The position numbers were made by a program, and so were the translations under genes. From Candidatus Thorarchaeota archaeon (lineage in GTDB: Archaea; Asgardarchaeota; Thorarchaeia; Thorarchaeales; Thorarchaeaceae), in assembly GCA_048884965.1 (NCBI GenBank), contig JBHLQH010000013.1, forward strand, positions 1-64,000: a stretch of DNA of 64,000 nt, read 5' to 3'. Shown here piece by piece: positions 47,556 to 56,810 of this stretch (position 1 is the stretch's first letter; the number at the start of each line of letters is the position of its first letter). Below the pieces are notes generated by a model. The model made no database searches. It was not told the origin of the DNA and saw nothing but the letters and a program-made list of their open reading frames with translations.

Positions 47556-48629
47556 GTGCAAAGAAATGTAATTCGACATTCGCCAATTTGCATGAAGAGG
47601 AGAAGCTTTCTTGTGAATGACATCTCAAAAGTAAGACTCATCCGTCGAAAGGCCTTCCAAGACAAATCTCATCTCACGATTGCAGACTGTGTGGATCAGA
47701 ATCTCATAGATGACATTCGCATTGCTTCTGCAAATGCAAGCTCCTTTTGCTTCGAGATCTTGGATGGGAACAAATTCGATACCACCTTGATTGGTATGAT
47801 ACCAAGCATAGAATATCTTAGTATCACAAAAGGAACCGATATTGAGTCAATCAATCTTCAAGGATTAGCTTCTATGAAACGCTTATTGAATTTCGAACTT
47901 GATCTGGGTCCAAAGAAACCATTAGCATGTCTTGACTTATCTCCACTCGGAGGACACGAGAGAATTCTTTCAATCAATCTAGCTTGCCTGATCAAAAAAC
48001 TGAAACTAGATGGTCTAGGAGCATGCCCCAAACTGGAAGCATTTTCAATATCCTCCTTTGTATCTGGAGTCCTAGACCTTTCACAACTATCCGGTGCATC
48101 GATGTTGAGATCCATTTTCATTGGCGATCTTGGCCGTGAGGTAGAAGAGAAGCAGAAGATAAGAATCGTACTACCTAAAAACACTCACCTCAGATCTTTG
48201 CAAATCTCCAACCCAGTGAATTCATTTGTAACTCCAGATGTCGACTTTTCATTTTGTCAAAGCACGAAAGTAATGGATGATATTTCACTTACTGGATGCA
48301 ACCTGCGTGATTTTGATCTTGAACCCCTAACGGCGCTTGAAAGGATTGGTAGGATTGATCTTCGTCAGAATTCAATTTCACGCTTGAATCTAACTCCACT
48401 CCTTGAGATGCCAATGCTGAGCATGAATAATCTGGGAAGCCAACCATTTCAAATAGATAATACTGTGGTTCTCCAAATTGATAGCAGCAGGAAGAAGGAA
48501 ATTGAAGGAATCCTTGAGATTCCAGATTACACCAACGAAGACCATTTTGGAGATTATCCTATCGAGTATGTATTTGGACATCAATGGCTGGGATCTCTAT
48601 TGTCCAAGCATTCAATAGAATGGATCTAG
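47556..48629 (+). CDS. Leucine-rich repeat protein
   Basis: LDLSPL, LDLSQL, LTGCNLRDFDLEPL and LRQNSISRLNLTPL repeats; start codon uncertain. Confidence 0.7.
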   Translation: MQRNVIRHSPICMKRRSFLVNDISKVRLIRRKAFQDKSHLTIADCVDQNLIDDIRIASANASSFCFEILDGNKFDTTLIGMIPSIEYLSITKGTDIESINLQGLASMKRLLNFELDLGPKKPLACLDLSPLGGHERILSINLACLIKKLKLDGLGACPKLEAFSISSFVSGVLDLSQLSGASMLRSIFIGDLGREVEEKQKIRIVLPKNTHLRSLQISNPVNSFVTPDVDFSFCQSTKVMDDISLTGCNLRDFDLEPLTALERIGRIDLRQNSISRLNLTPLLEMPMLSMNNLGSQPFQIDNTVVLQIDSSRKKEIEGILEIPDYTNEDHFGDYPIEYVFGHQWLGSLLSKHSIEWI

Positions 48630-48711
48630 TTCGGGGATTTATGATTCATCCAATTTCGTTAATTGGCTTTGAGGAACACATTTTTCTATACGGTTTCTTT
48701 GATTCACAATC

Positions 48712-49905
48712 ATGTCCGGTCAACTGAAGAAATGCAATACTGATGACAAAGAGGAAATCTGGGACCTGGTTTCATACGCATATGGTGTACCTGAAACTTC
48801 ACGTGAAGGATTCCTAGAAAGGTTAGATATTATCTCAAAGGAGTTCTATATCTACAAGGTCGATGATGTACCTGTCGCAGCTGCGAGAATGCTACCCTTC
48901 AAGCAGAATATTAGAGGGCTTCTCAAACCAATGGGAGGTATTGGAATGGTCGCAAGCTCTCCTGAGCATAGAAGAATGGGATACGTGCATGAGCTTATGA
49001 TTGCGATACTAAAGGAGCTCAAAAAACAAGGCTATGCTACAAGTACTCTATACCCATTCAAAGACACGTTCTACATGGCTGTTGGATATACTAAGATGCC
49101 AATGTCGAGAATACTAGAAGTTGACCCACGTACTCTATCTGGGGTGTCGATGCCAGAAGGATACTCTGTAAAACGCGAGTCTGGTGACGATGTGTTCAAG
49201 CTCTGGAGAGAGATCCATGAGGGAATGGTTCTTGAAACCCATGGAGCTGTCATGCGAAATGATGATCGCTGGATGGAACGAACCAGTGCCTTTAGAGCGA
49301 AAGCTGCAGTAGCAAGGAACTCTTCAGGAAAACCTGAAGGAATCATGACCTTTGGCATCAAGGGGTATGGCGATGGACATGCATGGTCAGAACCGGGACA
49401 GCTCAGCATAGGAGACTTTCATTGGACATCTATCGAGGCTAGAAACGCTATTCTGAACTTCATTTTCAGACATGCTGATCAAATCACAAAAGTGAATATC
49501 CTGATTAATTCTCGAACGGATGATTACTATCATTGGCTGACCAATATTCACACACCAACATTGAAGTCAGGTATCTTCAACATGGCGAGAATTGTAGACA
49601 TCCAGACGGCGTTCTCAGAGATGCGAACCGAGAAGGAAGGAAATTTGAAGCTCAGAGTTGTGGATAAACAGCTGGACTCCAATTCCTCAGGATATGAGTT
49701 CATTTCGCAAGGGGGCAATCTACAGGTAGAAACGACTAAGGAGGAACCTACCACAAAGATATCCATCGAAGGTCTTACTGCTGTGCTTTATGGAACCCTC
49801 AATGAGGCACAACTTCGAAGATTGGGATGGCTTTCTGGAGAGTCACCTGAATTAATGTTCAATTGGTTTGGCAGCGCTACGCCTTGGCTAACAGAGGATT
49901 TCTGA
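48712..49905 (+). CDS. Eis-family GNAT acetyltransferase (GNAT-GNAT-SCP2)
   Basis: GGIGMVASSPEHRRMG, STLYPF..FY..GY, MARIVD and C-terminal EDF. Confidence 0.88.
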   Translation: MSGQLKKCNTDDKEEIWDLVSYAYGVPETSREGFLERLDIISKEFYIYKVDDVPVAAARMLPFKQNIRGLLKPMGGIGMVASSPEHRRMGYVHELMIAILKELKKQGYATSTLYPFKDTFYMAVGYTKMPMSRILEVDPRTLSGVSMPEGYSVKRESGDDVFKLWREIHEGMVLETHGAVMRNDDRWMERTSAFRAKAAVARNSSGKPEGIMTFGIKGYGDGHAWSEPGQLSIGDFHWTSIEARNAILNFIFRHADQITKVNILINSRTDDYYHWLTNIHTPTLKSGIFNMARIVDIQTAFSEMRTEKEGNLKLRVVDKQLDSNSSGYEFISQGGNLQVETTKEEPTTKISIEGLTAVLYGTLNEAQLRRLGWLSGESPELMFNWFGSATPWLTEDF

Positions 49906-49951
49906 AAAGAGAAAATGAAGGGAGAGCCCCTCGGTGAGGGACATCCCGATT

Positions 49952-50626
49952 CTATAGTAATCCTTGAGGTCGAGGATTGAATTTCAATGATGCATATCTT
50001 GCATCGCCAGGTTCGTGAGTAGACTTGAGCTCACGTTTGTAACGTTCATAATCATCCTCACACTTTCCTTCAAGCTGGAACTTGGTGTATTTCAATTTGA
50101 TTTCGTTCTTCGTTATATGCTGAATGAAAGGCATGGGGATTAGCAAGTCTAAATCTGGCTGGATACCAATCTTCTCAAGAAACTCTTCGAAAGAACCCCC
50201 ACTCGCTACCAGCCATGGTGCTCCATCGAAATCAAACCAAATATCAATGGCACGTCCTACTTTCATCCCATCTGAATCTATGATCGGCAATTTTGAGAAT
50301 TCTGAGAGTCGCATATCATGCTCAGTAATTGTGCCCTCATCTAAAGTAGTCTTCAGACTCTCAACATCTGTAATCAATACAACATCCTCAGTAATTTGAG
50401 AGATGCAATCCATCTGAAAGACTGGATCAATATCAGGCTTGAGTCCTATTGACTCCATGAATTCCTCAATTCTGCCGCCTCCTAGGACGATTGATTTCAG
50501 GGCTACTTTGTTCTCAGCAAAGGTAATGATGAAATCATTGACCTGTCCTGCTTCTTTGTTACTTGAATCAATTACTTTCTTGTTCATCAACTGGCTAAAT
50601 CGAATCCCACAACACTGGTATGGCAA
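49952..50626 (-). CDS. Tandem PRC-barrel domain protein
   Basis: Two repeats of S.L....V.DS.G..[AV]G...D.....GG..EEF.E.IG..PD.D. Confidence 0.8.
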   Translation of the reverse strand: MPYQCCGIRFSQLMNKKVIDSSNKEAGQVNDFIITFAENKVALKSIVLGGGRIEEFMESIGLKPDIDPVFQMDCISQITEDVVLITDVESLKTTLDEGTITEHDMRLSEFSKLPIIDSDGMKVGRAIDIWFDFDGAPWLVASGGSFEEFLEKIGIQPDLDLLIPMPFIQHITKNEIKLKYTKFQLEGKCEDDYERYKRELKSTHEPGDARYASLKFNPRPQGLL

Positions 50627-50694
50627 AAGGATTCACCTCTTATTAACTATAGTGAAATGCTAGCTATATAAGCTTAGCTCAAGCATCGTTTTCC

Positions 50695-50964
50695 TTAGAC
50701 TATTGTCATCATCCAGATGATGATTGCTACCATAATAAGTAGTATAGCAAGCATCCCAGTGATACAAGGAAGTCGTTGGTCAAGAACGCGATACGATTTC
50801 ACAAAGGAGCACTGACCTATAAAGTCGCCGCCTATCCATAGCATGCATTCTCTAGTGATACAGCTACCCTCACGGAATGGGCAATCTCTAACAGGAACTG
50901 GTTTCTTGGGTGCAAACATCACACTCATCTTAGGTGAAATGACATGAACCTGACTATTAATCAT
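50695..50964 (-). CDS. Small Cys-rich protein with C-terminal TM
   Basis: CPF..C..ECMLW..QC motif followed by a hydrophobic tail; start uncertain. Confidence 0.5.
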   Translation of the reverse strand: MINSQVHVISPKMSVMFAPKKPVPVRDCPFREGSCITRECMLWIGGDFIGQCSFVKSYRVLDQRLPCITGMLAILLIMVAIIIWMMTIV

Positions 50965-51083
50965 GCTGGAACATGGAGATTCATTCCAAGATTATACTTG
51001 ATTGCTTTGCAAGCCTCATTTCTAAAATGCACTTGCAACTCTAAGGCTCAAATACTCTTAAAGTGAGAATCGAAAATAGAATG

Positions 51084-51108
51084 AGATGGAGCCCATCAGG
51101 GCTCATCT
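51084..51108 (-). terminator. Hairpin downstream of 51121-51441
   Basis: AGATGGAGCCC-ATCA-GGGCTCATCT imperfect stem. Confidence 0.4.
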
Positions 51109-51120
51109 GATAGGATTATT

Positions 51121-51441
51121 CTAATAGACTTCTCTAGGACTGTGGTGAAGCTTGTCAGGCAATTGACCACCTTCACCTAGAACCTCTAGATCATGATTGC
51201 GACCTGCACGACCACCGCTCCTGAGAAGGAAGCCGGTCTTAGTGATGCCACGAGCTTGACGCTCAGCAGCTCGCTTCGTGATCATTGATACCCCAGAGGG
51301 GACGGTCATAAGTAACTTCTTCCGCCCTTCATCGATTGCTAGAAGGATAGCATCTTCAGCCGTGACCCTTGTGGTCTCTTGAAACTGGGATGCTGAAGGA
51401 TTGAACTCAAGATAGACTGGCATTGCAACAACAACTCCCAA
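51121..51441 (-). CDS. Hypothetical protein, possibly a divergent single gelsolin-like domain
   Basis: EDAILLAIDEGRKKLLMTVPSGVSMITKRAAERQARGI...LEVLGEG resembles the gelsolin strand-strand-helix pattern; likely start ATG 51423. Confidence 0.5.
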   Translation of the reverse strand: MGVVVAMPVYLEFNPSASQFQETTRVTAEDAILLAIDEGRKKLLMTVPSGVSMITKRAAERQARGITKTGFLLRSGGRAGRNHDLEVLGEGGQLPDKLHHSPREVY

Positions 51442-51517
51442 TGAGTTTTCGTTACTCTTGTCTATGAGCCTTATAATAAAATCTCGCGCGTCCTAGAGAG
51501 CTAGGACACTTTGAAGA

Positions 51518-52216
51518 CTAGGTCGGAAGTAAGTGAGCAGTCCTGCAATGTGAACAGACTACTGCTTCTTCCCAATATTCTGGGAGCGGCAATGGTGCGC
51601 CACAATTTTGACACTTCAGTTCCTTGATCTCTGAGCGTTCTTCAGGAGATATATCCAGACGAAAGACCTTCTCTGCAACATCAGAGATTCCCTTGCCAAT
51701 CTTCTCAGCAGCCCTTGCAACTGCACTCGTTTCTCTGTCAGTGAGAGAGCCAAGACCAACAGCTTTGAAGAAGGTCTCGATGGCTTGACCAACACGACTT
51801 ATGAAATCGCCAATAGACCTACCTCTCCTCCAATCCCGAACCGCTGCAAGATGAACCTCTATTAGCTCGTTATCAGGATGACCGGGAATCTCGTATCCCT
51901 TTTGCCAATTGATCTTTTTATCACGCTTTGGCGATAAAATCTGACCACAGCCAGGACATTCCAAACGATATTCTTTGGAGAAGAAACCCTTCTTGTGTGT
52001 CTTCTCTCCATGATTATACCAGCATCGCTTATGAGCGACCTTACTACAGTTTGGACACGGAAATAGGAAATATCTCTCAGGTTTGTGTTTCAAAGATTGT
52101 CCCACTGCATTTGGCACATATGCAAGATCAGCCATCGTATTGGTCAGCAAATCTTTTCCGCAAATGAAACAGGGTCGATCCTTGAATTTGTCCATCTTGT
52201 CAGCTGTGAGTTTCAT
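51518..52216 (-). CDS. Zinc-finger protein: N-terminal C4HC3 (PHD/RING-variant-like) plus C-terminal zinc ribbon
   Basis: CFIC...CPNC-x4-H-x2-C...CPGC, then CQNCGAPL...CSHC. Confidence 0.7.
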   Translation of the reverse strand: MKLTADKMDKFKDRPCFICGKDLLTNTMADLAYVPNAVGQSLKHKPERYFLFPCPNCSKVAHKRCWYNHGEKTHKKGFFSKEYRLECPGCGQILSPKRDKKINWQKGYEIPGHPDNELIEVHLAAVRDWRRGRSIGDFISRVGQAIETFFKAVGLGSLTDRETSAVARAAEKIGKGISDVAEKVFRLDISPEERSEIKELKCQNCGAPLPLPEYWEEAVVCSHCRTAHLLPT

Positions 52217-52377
52217 CTTCTCGCCTCAATCGAGAAAGGACTCTGAGAACTATTAAGGTATTTTGCTTTGGCATCAACATGAATTTTGCCTAGTTATTTG
52301 CCGTCCTGAGGAGGATTTTTGAAGTACGAAAGGATAAAAGAAGGCCAAACTCCTATCCCGAGAAGGGGTGCAAGAAC

Positions 52378-55095
52378 ATGACTCCCGAGCCCTATATTCT
52401 ATCACTTAATCAAATAGCAGCAAATTCCATATCTCTCGTTGGAGGAAAGGCGGCAAAGCTGGGAGAGATGAAACAGAATGGATTCAATGTTCCAGACGGA
52501 TTCGTTCTGACCACAAGTGCCTATAGACATCTCGTGGAGAGTTCCGATTTTCAGAAACAACTCTTAGAGGTGATTGGAGCTATTGACTATGATGATGCGA
52601 GCTCGATTCAAACTGCATCAACGAATCTTGCTAAGATAGTAAACCAAATGGAAATCCCTGATACCATTCTCACCCAAATTAAGGGCACTTATGGGTCTCT
52701 AATGGAGAAGCGTGTTGCTGTTAGATCATCTGCGACGGCTGAGGACCTGCAGGAAGCGTCCTTTGCCGGACAGTACGAAACATTCCTTAATGTGAAAGGA
52801 ATGAGTGATCTAGTCACCAATATCAGAAAATGCTATGCATCTCTTTGGACCCCAAGAGCAATCTCCTACCGTTATAGAAATAAGATTCCTCATGACGCCG
52901 TAAGAATAGCAGTTCTTGTACAGTCAATGGTTGACGCGGATAGAGCGGGTGTCCTATTTACTGATGATCCAACAGTCCCCTCACAAACCCAGATGTTGAT
53001 CGAATCGAACTTTGGACTAGGAGAGTCCGTTGTATCAGGAGTTGCTACACCAGACCGATATGTAGTATCCCGGAAAGATAATCCTCGATACAAGGAGCAT
53101 AGGCTTCTCTTCTCTGAGATAGGAACAAAGGATGTGATAATCCGCTCAGGAGGTATTACTGAAACAGGTGTTACTACTTCTACAACGACAGATGCGATTA
53201 GTCAAAAAGCATCATTGAGTGAAGATGAAGCGATACAACTTGCTGAGATAGGGTACTCATTAGAGAGATTCTTCAAAGGACCTCAGGATGTTGAATGGGC
53301 GATTGATACATCAGGGAATCTACATGTACTTCAATCCCGACCAATCACTGTACAGCGACACAGCGAAAGCCAGGAGATTCTATGGAGTAGGGGTTATTCT
53401 GATGACTACTGGAACGATAATGTCACCCCCCTTTTCTTCGATCTCTTGGGAGATCAAATCAAGTACATTGTGAATGTTGAATTGAATCAAATCATGGGCT
53501 ATAAGGGAATGCCCTCAGAGATTCTCAAATTGTATAAGGCTCATGCGTATTTCAATCTTGAAGTCATCCGGAACAAAGTTGTCAATGAGATACCACCCTT
53601 CCTCCGATCAGATGATGTCCTGAATTATTTCCCTGAAGGAAATGGTCCCTATGGAAAGGAAACAATGAGAAACCTTCCATTTGCCACCAAGAATCGTATA
53701 CTGGCTGAGATTCGTGTGATGGCTTTTGATTCTCAAGGAAGCATGACAAAGACCGCCGATGAGTACAAGAAATGGACAGAGGAGGAATTCATCCCTTATC
53801 TGGATAAATTCGATTCGAATCTTGGGAAGCTAACAGATCAAGATCAGCTGGCCGAATTATGGGAACTCGCTAAAGAGATTGACAAAGTTATGATTCGTCA
53901 TTTTCGTATGGTCAGGTATGGAATCCCAGTCCACAATATTGGCATGAACCTCATTGTCAATTATCTACTTAGACGATGGATGGGAGAATCTCGTGCCGTG
54001 CGGCTTTTCCCGCTATTGGTCACAGGCTTGAAACACAAGACGAATGAAACAAATCAAAGACTCTCAGAACTAGCAAATCTCGGTAGGAGAATGGATGACG
54101 TAAGGAAATTGATTCTTGGTACACCGTCAGACCAATTGTATTCGGAGTTTGAGAAGCAGGATAACGAGGATAAGAAACAATTCTTTCTTTCCTTTAGCAA
54201 GTTCTTGGAAGACTTTGGTGTCAGGGGGTATACCAGAGAGCCATATTATCCTCGATGGGGTGAGAAACCATCCCTTGTGTTTGATATTCTGAAACCACTA
54301 ATGGCAGCCCAAGGAAGCGATCCCCTCGATCAGGATAGCCGCGTAACCCAGATGCGATTAGACGCAGAGGAAGAGGTTGAAGCGGGCATTAAAAGCACTA
54401 GAAATGGAAAGATCAAGTGGATGCTTTTCAACACCATCCTAGGCATGAGTCGCACATACATTGCTTTCAGAGAAGACCAACGTTTCAATCTTGATAGATG
54501 GATCACACGGAATCGAGCATTGTTCCTACAGATGGGGAGGATTCTCAAGCACAGAGGAGTGATTGAGCGACCTGAGGATATCTTCTTCTTCTATAAATCG
54601 GAGATAAAGCTGATAGTGAACAATGGACCTGAGACCCTCCCTATATTGCTCGAGAAGCTTCGAGAACGGAAAAAGGAATTCGATGAGAATGAAGATATGA
54701 CTCCACCAAAGTTCATTCAAGGTTCTCGAGTTTACAATGACAGGCTCGGACATTCGGAGGATGACACAACGCTAGTAGGCTTACCTGCAAGCCAGGGAAC
54801 TCTCACTGGATATGTGAGGGTCCTCAGAAAAATCGAAGAGATTCCACTTGTCAAGGAAGGTGAAATCCTTGTTGTACCAAGGACGGATCCAGGATGGACA
54901 CCAGTCTTTGCTCAAATTGGAGGATTGGTCACTGAAACAGGGGGAATCCTATCTCATGGTGCTGTAGTTTCGAGGGAATACTGCATACCAGCTGTTACTA
55001 ATATTAGACAGGCCTGCGACATATTGAAAACAGGTCAAAGAATAACTGTCGATGGAAACAAGGGTACGATAACATTTCATGATGACCATGAGTGA
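52378..55095 (+). CDS. PEP-utilising enzyme with rifampin phosphotransferase (RPH)/PigC-like architecture
   Basis: ATP-grasp VGGKA, VAVRSSA.AED..ASFAGQYET and QSRPIT; large central domain; C-terminal swivel TDPGWTP, GGILSHGAVVSRE. Confidence 0.88.
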   Translation: MTPEPYILSLNQIAANSISLVGGKAAKLGEMKQNGFNVPDGFVLTTSAYRHLVESSDFQKQLLEVIGAIDYDDASSIQTASTNLAKIVNQMEIPDTILTQIKGTYGSLMEKRVAVRSSATAEDLQEASFAGQYETFLNVKGMSDLVTNIRKCYASLWTPRAISYRYRNKIPHDAVRIAVLVQSMVDADRAGVLFTDDPTVPSQTQMLIESNFGLGESVVSGVATPDRYVVSRKDNPRYKEHRLLFSEIGTKDVIIRSGGITETGVTTSTTTDAISQKASLSEDEAIQLAEIGYSLERFFKGPQDVEWAIDTSGNLHVLQSRPITVQRHSESQEILWSRGYSDDYWNDNVTPLFFDLLGDQIKYIVNVELNQIMGYKGMPSEILKLYKAHAYFNLEVIRNKVVNEIPPFLRSDDVLNYFPEGNGPYGKETMRNLPFATKNRILAEIRVMAFDSQGSMTKTADEYKKWTEEEFIPYLDKFDSNLGKLTDQDQLAELWELAKEIDKVMIRHFRMVRYGIPVHNIGMNLIVNYLLRRWMGESRAVRLFPLLVTGLKHKTNETNQRLSELANLGRRMDDVRKLILGTPSDQLYSEFEKQDNEDKKQFFLSFSKFLEDFGVRGYTREPYYPRWGEKPSLVFDILKPLMAAQGSDPLDQDSRVTQMRLDAEEEVEAGIKSTRNGKIKWMLFNTILGMSRTYIAFREDQRFNLDRWITRNRALFLQMGRILKHRGVIERPEDIFFFYKSEIKLIVNNGPETLPILLEKLRERKKEFDENEDMTPPKFIQGSRVYNDRLGHSEDDTTLVGLPASQGTLTGYVRVLRKIEEIPLVKEGEILVVPRTDPGWTPVFAQIGGLVTETGGILSHGAVVSREYCIPAVTNIRQACDILKTGQRITVDGNKGTITFHDDHE

Positions 55096-55101
55096 TTCAC
55101 G

Positions 55102-56070
55102 ATGGAACCAATAACACACCCACCGAACAGCAATGATAGCAATTGGAACGAGAGCTACTACTTCATCTTCTATGACAAGAAAGAGAAGATAGGCGGAATG
55201 AGTCGAATAGGATTCAAGCCGAACAAACCTGAGGGAATGACATTCTTCTTTCTATTCCTTCCTAATGGCGATGTTGCTGCATATCACCAAACAGACGAGG
55301 GATCAGCCTATCCTGAAGCTTTGAGGGTCATGGGGATGAGCCACTCTCCACAATCTGATGACACATGGAAATACAAACTTGAAGGCTCTCTTGTTGTTGT
55401 AGAGAATTCCGAGCACTTACCTCTGGCAAGAAAGGAACCTCAATACATCAAGGACCTCGTTGAAGCATCAATAGATCTTAACCTCCGCCCAATCCATAAA
55501 GAGTATGAATATTCAGAGCACATGACGCCCGAAAGTCTTGAACTCGGTAAGAAATCAGGAGACAAGCATTGGGAACAAATCGGTAAAGTGTCTGGGACTA
55601 TAAGAATCGAGGATAGGGTAATCGAGATATCAGAATGCATGGGTCAGAGAGACCATACCCATGGGATTCGTGATTGGACTGGCATCGGGAACTGGTTCTA
55701 CTTCGTAGTTTGGTTCAACGATAATCTGTGTATCAATCCTGCAGCAATTGTGATGGAAGATGGTCGCTTAGGAACTGGAGGATTCCTCTTCAAGGATGGA
55801 GAGAATATTCCCTTAGTAGATATCAAACTCAAGAGTCATGATTTTGGAGAGAACGGAGTCTTTCCAACACAGACTACTCTCGAAATAACTGATGCTAGAA
55901 GAAACACCCATACTCTGATTGGCAAACCGGGAGATATCATTCCTGTGCCATTCATAGATGCAGATGGGAACGAATCAATTCTCGTACAATCATTTGGTGA
56001 ATACCAACTTGATGATATGGATGGTGGATATGGGTCATACGAGGTTCTAAGAAGGATGGAGAAGAATTAA
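55102..56070 (+). CDS. AttH/tocopherol-cyclase-like beta-barrel protein (DUF7064/7065-like)
   Basis: WNESYYF, HWEQ.G...G and GQRDHTHGIRDW motifs. Confidence 0.65.
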   Translation: MEPITHPPNSNDSNWNESYYFIFYDKKEKIGGMSRIGFKPNKPEGMTFFFLFLPNGDVAAYHQTDEGSAYPEALRVMGMSHSPQSDDTWKYKLEGSLVVVENSEHLPLARKEPQYIKDLVEASIDLNLRPIHKEYEYSEHMTPESLELGKKSGDKHWEQIGKVSGTIRIEDRVIEISECMGQRDHTHGIRDWTGIGNWFYFVVWFNDNLCINPAAIVMEDGRLGTGGFLFKDGENIPLVDIKLKSHDFGENGVFPTQTTLEITDARRNTHTLIGKPGDIIPVPFIDADGNESILVQSFGEYQLDDMDGGYGSYEVLRRMEKN

Positions 56071-56123
56071 GAAGAGGTACATTTGCAGACTAAGATGCGT
56101 CTACCCTTCTTGGAGGATATACT

Positions 56124-56771
56124 GTGTTCGAAATAATTCAGGAACCTGACTACGGATCTATTTCTCGTGTGATGATACACGTCGTCGTTCATGGGGAGCC
56201 AGATAAAAAGGAGAAGGATGGCCTTTCAGAGAGAGGCAGGAATCAGGTATTCGAACTGGCAAGGTCAAGACTATTAGCAGGCCCCTCAAAGCTGTACTCA
56301 GCTGATACCAAGGAGTGCAAATCTTCTGCTGAAACCTTGGCAAAAGAATTGAATTCCTCCGTAGCCAAATTGGATTGTCTATCGGACATTGACCTTGGAA
56401 CGAAGGAACTTGATGAAGCATATCTGCAAAACGAAATGCCAAAACTCTGGAATGACATCAACTACGAGCCCAAATTGGGAGAGAGCCTGCGAGATGCCCA
56501 GAGTAGAATCGCAACATGCGTGGATAGACTAACAAAAATGCATCCAGAAGCCACTATCGGCATCGTTCTCTCTCCTATTACGTCAATACTCTTTCACAAA
56601 CTTGTTGTGGGCGGTGAACCTCAGATCGAGGATTGGCTTCACTTGGAATTTGCATCTTGCGCGACATATGAGTACTCAAAGAATGGATGGTCTCTTATTA
56701 TGCCTCCAGAAAGCAGTTTTTTGAGCGATCCCTCAAGAGTTCTTGATACACTTCCATCAGGTGTATTCTAA
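56124..56771 (+). CDS. Histidine phosphatase (phosphoglycerate mutase-like) fold protein with degenerate active site
   Basis: VVHGE, LSERGR, L.DIDLG and GESL motifs; lacks the RHG Arg and the second His. Confidence 0.7.
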   Translation: MFEIIQEPDYGSISRVMIHVVVHGEPDKKEKDGLSERGRNQVFELARSRLLAGPSKLYSADTKECKSSAETLAKELNSSVAKLDCLSDIDLGTKELDEAYLQNEMPKLWNDINYEPKLGESLRDAQSRIATCVDRLTKMHPEATIGIVLSPITSILFHKLVVGGEPQIEDWLHLEFASCATYEYSKNGWSLIMPPESSFLSDPSRVLDTLPSGVF

Positions 56772-56782
56772 TAAAAAGAGAG

Positions 56783-56801
56783 AGGGAGGGAAACCCTCCC
56801 T
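56783..56801. terminator. Hairpin between convergent genes
   Basis: AGGGAGGG-AAA-CCCTCCCT perfect 8-bp stem. Confidence 0.6.
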
Positions 56802-56810
56802 AGATGTATT

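Noticed and set aside
52378-55095. Calling the gene ppsA or a true rifampin-resistance rph
   Set aside because: It lacks the C-terminal PEP/pyruvate-binding barrel of PpsA, and rifamycin specificity cannot be established from sequence.
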